A DNA stretch of 63,714 nucleotides, filler included, from Perkinsus chesapeaki ATCC PRA-425 (taxonomy: Eukaryota; Protista; Perkinsozoa), in NCBI GenBank assembly GCA_013115145.1. It is 6 parts of 6 records of this genome, joined end to end, with 100 filler letters (N's around TTAATTAATTAA, not from the genome) between each part and the next. Parts side by side here need not be neighbours in the genome. Positions count along the whole stretch, not along the records: positions 59,557 to 61,026 come from JAAPAO010001942.1; positions 61,127 to 62,563 come from JAAPAO010001959.1; positions 62,664 to 63,714 come from JAAPAO010002252.1; 3 more parts are not named here. The stretch is one strand, 5' to 3'. This document shows positions 59,457-63,714 of the stretch, in pieces. The notes under the pieces were generated by a model, which was given only the letters and a program-made list of their open reading frames with translations, had not been told where the DNA came from and did no database searches. The position numbers and the translations under genes were made by a program. Numbering within the stretch: the stretch's first letter is position 1; each line of letters begins with the position of its first letter.

Positions 59457-61126
59457 NNNNNNNNNNNNNNNNNNNNNNNNNNNNNNNNNNNNNNNNNNNN
59501 TTAATTAATTAANNNNNNNNNNNNNNNNNNNNNNNNNNNNNNNNNNNNNNNNNNNNTCCCGCCCTTATGAGCACAATGGTAGAAGGCCGTCACGTTCCTT
59601 CGTGGGCGCCCCTCTTGTGCTTGAGGAGTTGCTGTAATGCTTCGTATAAGACGGAAGATGTTTCTTGGTCATCACGCGAGAAGCTCGCTTGTTGACCACT
59701 GGTCAATGACCAGCTCTGACGATAGACCACAAACCGCCATATGAAACGATGTGTCGCAGCGGGATAAGCAGAGGAAGATTAGTTAATCGAGTACTGCTAA
59801 CGATACTCTGTCCGGTTGAGAATCAGTGGCTTGATTAACCAGACATACGCTGGCTCCGATGGATGTCACATGCTATATTGAGACGATTAATTGGAGCTAG
59901 TTTTACTAACACCGACAGAGCCCTTTGGCAGAGCTTCACTAAAGAGGGCATCCTTCACTAACGAGATGTATCAAGCAGTTATGGTTTGCAATCCTCAGCC
60001 ATGCTACGCTTTGAACAAGCACGCTGATTTATCTTCTATGACGTCCTCGCAGGAAGCTCCATCGGGACACATCTAAATACGAAATCAATCAGTTGCGAGT
60101 TAGCGACGTGACGAATGGTATCCCGCCTGCCTTACCGATTGCTCACAGTTAATCCCACATCTTTTGTCCAAACACATCTTGCGGCCCACTGGTGTAGGGG
60201 GGCACGATGAAGCTGATTCGCAGAAATTTGCATATACCACCCAGAGCTGGCCAACAAGGTCCTGAGGTTAGAATAGTAAGCACTTTCAGGAAACTGTTCG
60301 CTGGACTGATGTAGAGTGCCACGCTAGCGCGGGCCTACTATTTTGTGGGCGAAATCTACACCCTCGGCACATTTACACCCTACGACCCTCTGCGTGGCTG
60401 GGTCGAGGGTGCAATGCCCTTCAGGCTTTTCGTAGGAACCTAACAGAGCACGGATTCTCTCTAGATCACGTACTTCTATTTACCAGGATATTCATTGGAC
60501 GGGGTGTGCCTGAGATTTTCTGCATAACTCGCGCGAATAGCTTTAACGCTACCCATTCCTGCTCTGAAAAATACCAAGACTGGCGGCTTGGATAATATAC
60601 ATGAGGCATAGGCTAGTCATTAACATCTTGTGGATGATTGCCATTGTATCGAGCAAACCTGACTGGGGAAGGGTGATTTAATGTACCCCCACACTCTGAT
60701 CTCGGACAATACTCGTGGTAGCGTTCTGATGAGCGGGAGTGGAGTTAGCACGCGCTGGCCTATGTAACCCGCATATGGTGCATATTGCTGCGCGATATGT
60801 GCTGCGCGCACAAGGCGGATTAATATTGATGAATAGTATTGGCACAGCAAAGCACAACGCAACGCGACCGCAACTGAGTGTGCGTAAGAAATTCTTATGA
60901 TGAAATGACTTACTATATCATCTATAATAATGGAAATCAAGAAACCCTGCGATTCGAACCCTGGAAAATGCAAACAGCGGGCCGGGCCCGAGTCAATAAT
61001 ATTGGATGTATAGGCGGTGAGCAAAANNNNNNNNNNNNNNNNNNNNNNNNNNNNNNNNNNNNNNNNNNNNTTAATTAATTAANNNNNNNNNNNNNNNNNN
61101 NNNNNNNNNNNNNNNNNNNNNNNNNN

Positions 61127-61200
61127 CTCCTATGTTGCAGTAACTGCAATGCAGTTGGCTAGGTCTCCTATGTTGCAGTAACTGCAATGCAGTTGGCTAT
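61127..61200. repeat. 38-bp tandem duplication with internal palindromes, at a contig edge
   Basis: CTCCTATGTTGCAGTAACTGCAATGCAGTTGGCTA at 61127 and 61165. Confidence 0.85.
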
Positions 61201-61299
61201 TCCGCTCGCACGTCCGTGGTCGACCAGAAATTATTGCAATGTAATAAACTCATGCTGCATAGTCGCGACCAGCACCAGGCGATGCGACGTACTAAAAAG

Positions 61300-61845
61300 T
61301 GCTTTTAGCAAAGCCTGTGTAGCCAGAGGGGGTTGGCTGGCTCGCACTCCGCGCTCTAAACTGAGCTTGCGACGCCGAAACTCGTTGTTTCTCTACCCTG
61401 TACGTGTCCTTGCGACGCGAATGCTCCACCTTTTTGGCTGATAGCTACACTTTTCTTAACTTTGGTATTTCGATGCTTTCCTTCACACTGGCCGGTGTTG
61501 GAAAGCGTGTGCCCACCGCGTCGTTCCGGCAGGAACACGCGCCTTGGATGAAGGAACTCCCACAGGGTGATTTTTCGCTTAAGTAGTACTACTTTTTGAG
61601 GCTTTTCATGAGTTTAGTCGAGTAGGTGTGATTGTCTCGTGCCCGTTGTATCTCTTTATAGTACTAAGCTGACATTTTCTGATGGTTAATCCTTCTTCGT
61701 CTAATATCCCGACTATTGGGTTTGCACCAGAAAACGAGTGGCTTGATCCCGCTATGGCTACACCTGGCTCATATTGGGCAAGGCCAAGTTTAGGGTCGTA
61801 GTTTAGGACCAAGCCGGCAGATGCATCATAAGATGATATTGTCAT
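61300..61845 (-). CDS. Hypothetical coding fragment(s)
   Basis: ORF 61606-61845 has protein-like composition; no family recognised. Confidence 0.3.
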
Positions 61846-62731
61846 GACGCATCATCCACTGTAAGACTTGCAGAGTGTAGCTACCCGTCTGCTCGACATT
61901 GCTCGCCCTTCCTCAAGGTTTGAGAAGAGTCCATGCTATAATCTCAGCAATCTTGTACCCATATTAAGCGACGGCGTTATTTGAAGAATCGTCTGTCAGT
62001 GACAATTACTAGTGATGCTACCGCTGAACTGTCGTGCAACTTGCCTCAGGCAAGCACGACTTATGGAATCGAGGAGAGAATATATCTCTAGAGATTGTCT
62101 ATAGAGAATGAATTGGCTCGCAAACTGCGTTACCTATCGATTTGCCCGTCCAAGCCACTCATTCCTAGATGTCTCGTAATATACGCTTCGCCAGGGTGTG
62201 CCAACCTCCTTCCCGACTACTCCAGTTACGAGCGACCCTATGAGGAAGAAGCTGCCCCCTAGAAGCATTATCATAGTCATGCAATATGACTATCAACTGG
62301 TTCATAGCACCCTGGTCCCAGCTTCGCTTTGCTCCACCTTGACTAGCAGCTTGACAAACAACTCAACCTGTCGTCACATCTAGCGAAAAGCTTGTAGAAT
62401 AATAACAACGGTGACGGATTCCAACAATGAAAGCTCGGTAGTTCATAGCGCTCTAGTTGAGTGCTAATGACTAAAGTGACTCTACGGATGGCTAGAGCTT
62501 CTTCTTGGCGAAGCCAATAGAGCCAATATCATAGGTAAACTGAACGAAGTGGCCCTTGAACAGNNNNNNNNNNNNNNNNNNNNNNNNNNNNNNNNNNNNN
62601 NNNNNNNTTAATTAATTAANNNNNNNNNNNNNNNNNNNNNNNNNNNNNNNNNNNNNNNNNNNNTATGATGTATAACCTATTAAGTTTATAGTTTCTTCCC
62701 ACTTATCATTTGTTGTGCTACCACAGCAGTA

Positions 62732-63016
62732 CTACACCTCCCGAGATTCGGACGAACGCTTCTGGAGTGCCAGTAGCTTCAGTCGCGCCGGGCGACCAAT
62801 CGCCGCGTCAAGGTTTTCGGGAATATAGTAGACTCGTTCCTCTGAGATGACGAGCAGCAGCGTCGCCATAGCCTCCATATCAGAATCGTCGGTGGCATCC
62901 TCAGGGATGAGGGAACGTGCCTCGACTTTTGGGGTCACTGAAACGGCCTTCAATGACGACGGCAGGAGGGATCTTCCAGGCAGAAGCAAAACGGCTGAGG
63001 GTGTCAGCGTCGGCAT
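62732..63016 (-). CDS. Hypothetical coding fragment (host gene or retroelement relic)
   Basis: 94-aa ORF in GC-richer DNA next to a gap; no motif recognised. Confidence 0.3.
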   Translation of the reverse strand: MPTLTPSAVLLLPGRSLLPSSLKAVSVTPKVEARSLIPEDATDDSDMEAMATLLLVISEERVYYIPENLDAAIGRPARLKLLALQKRSSESREV

Positions 63017-63409
63017 TTTGTGCTGCCGAGATATGTTCCACGATAGGTTGAACCTATTAGGTTCTCAGTTCATCTGCGGCGGCCAGCTCAGACTATACAC
63101 AGGTCCGTACTGACTCTGCCACCGTGCAGATCTATTTGGGCTTGTGGACCCTTAGGCACTCAGGCCTCCTCAAGCTGAGGGAGTGCCACTGCCGGTTCAC
63201 CGTCGGACTCACGGTCCTGCCCATCGGCGTGAGTTGCGCAGTCTGAGCGCACAAAGCTGATACTCTTGACTCAATAAAACAGGTTCCGACCACTAGATGC
63301 ATGTTATTCACAAGGTCTATCCGAGGTCTATGCGGCCTCTCATTGAAGGAGTTGTCAGTAATAAATGTATCAACCAATTGCCTCAATTGAACTAAGCCAA
63401 TATTAGCCT

Positions 63410-63605
63410 ATCATGACTACTAGTCACTGACTAGCTGCCGGTCAAACGTCAGTTCGAACCAGTTTGATCCTCCAGCTTCGAGATTCTCGAAGCTTATTGT
63501 TAATAAGTCATTTAAAAGATAGCAAACTTTGCTAAGACTTTGCTAAGCAAAGTCTTCGAATAGCGTTAGGGTAAACGCTACTGTAACAGCAATATTTTTT
63601 ATTGA
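63410..63605. repeat. Near-continuous run of unrelated short palindromes
   Basis: See findings; stems of up to 11 bp with 1-5 nt spacers. Confidence 0.9.
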
Positions 63606-63714
63606 ACTCTCAGTAGGGTGTTTCAACACAGAGGAAGTACCGTAGGGCAAATCCACGCACGTGATGGGCGCTGGTTAAGGTTATCATTACTCAGGTTAGA
63701 CCGTCATGGCCATC

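Noticed and set aside
38107-60965. Isolated T-loop-like matches at 38107-38126, 60940-60965 (and a Leu-like one at 5547-5572)
   Set aside because: Too short or degenerate to count as tRNA relics without a covariance-model score.
31523-62619. TTAATTAATTAA embedded in N runs (31523, 57617, 59501, 61071, 62608)
   Set aside because: Identical scaffolding linker (stops in all six frames); an assembly artefact, not biology. Adjacency across these gaps is unproven.

Overview
Eukaryotic nuclear scaffold from an intron-dense alveolate, most likely a perkinsid such as Perkinsus. This is inferred from alveolate-type ion-channel adenylyl cyclase, DrpC-type dynamin and MRK-type CDK, plus typical 40-50 nt GT-AG introns. 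Six 100-nt gaps interrupt it; five carry an artificial TTAATTAATTAA linker. Contents in order: 3' end of a Gypsy LTR retrotransposon, several hypothetical genes, a ~9.5 kb ion-channel/adenylyl cyclase gene, a BIRC6/UBE2O-type E2, a DDB1-like propeller gene, a DrpC-like dynamin, phenylalanine hydroxylase, an Sfi1-like repeat protein, an MgtE-like transporter, two paralogous secreted proteins with a histidine-brace (LPMO-like) signature, a CDK7/MRK-like kinase, the 3' part of FEN1, and three identical tRNA-Gln(UUG) genes. The most unusual signals are non-coding. (1) Spliceosomal introns made of, or containing, tRNA sequence, from an intact antisense tRNA to 45-nt introns that are essentially a tRNA 3' end plus its T-run. 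(2) Chains of overlapping fold-back palindromes (X-x'-X, 1-nt spacers). (3) A recurrent intronic 12-mer GCGGAGCGAAGC. (4) 10-bp-phased A/T clusters. All gene boundaries were read by eye and are approximate; family calls rest on remembered motifs, not database searches.
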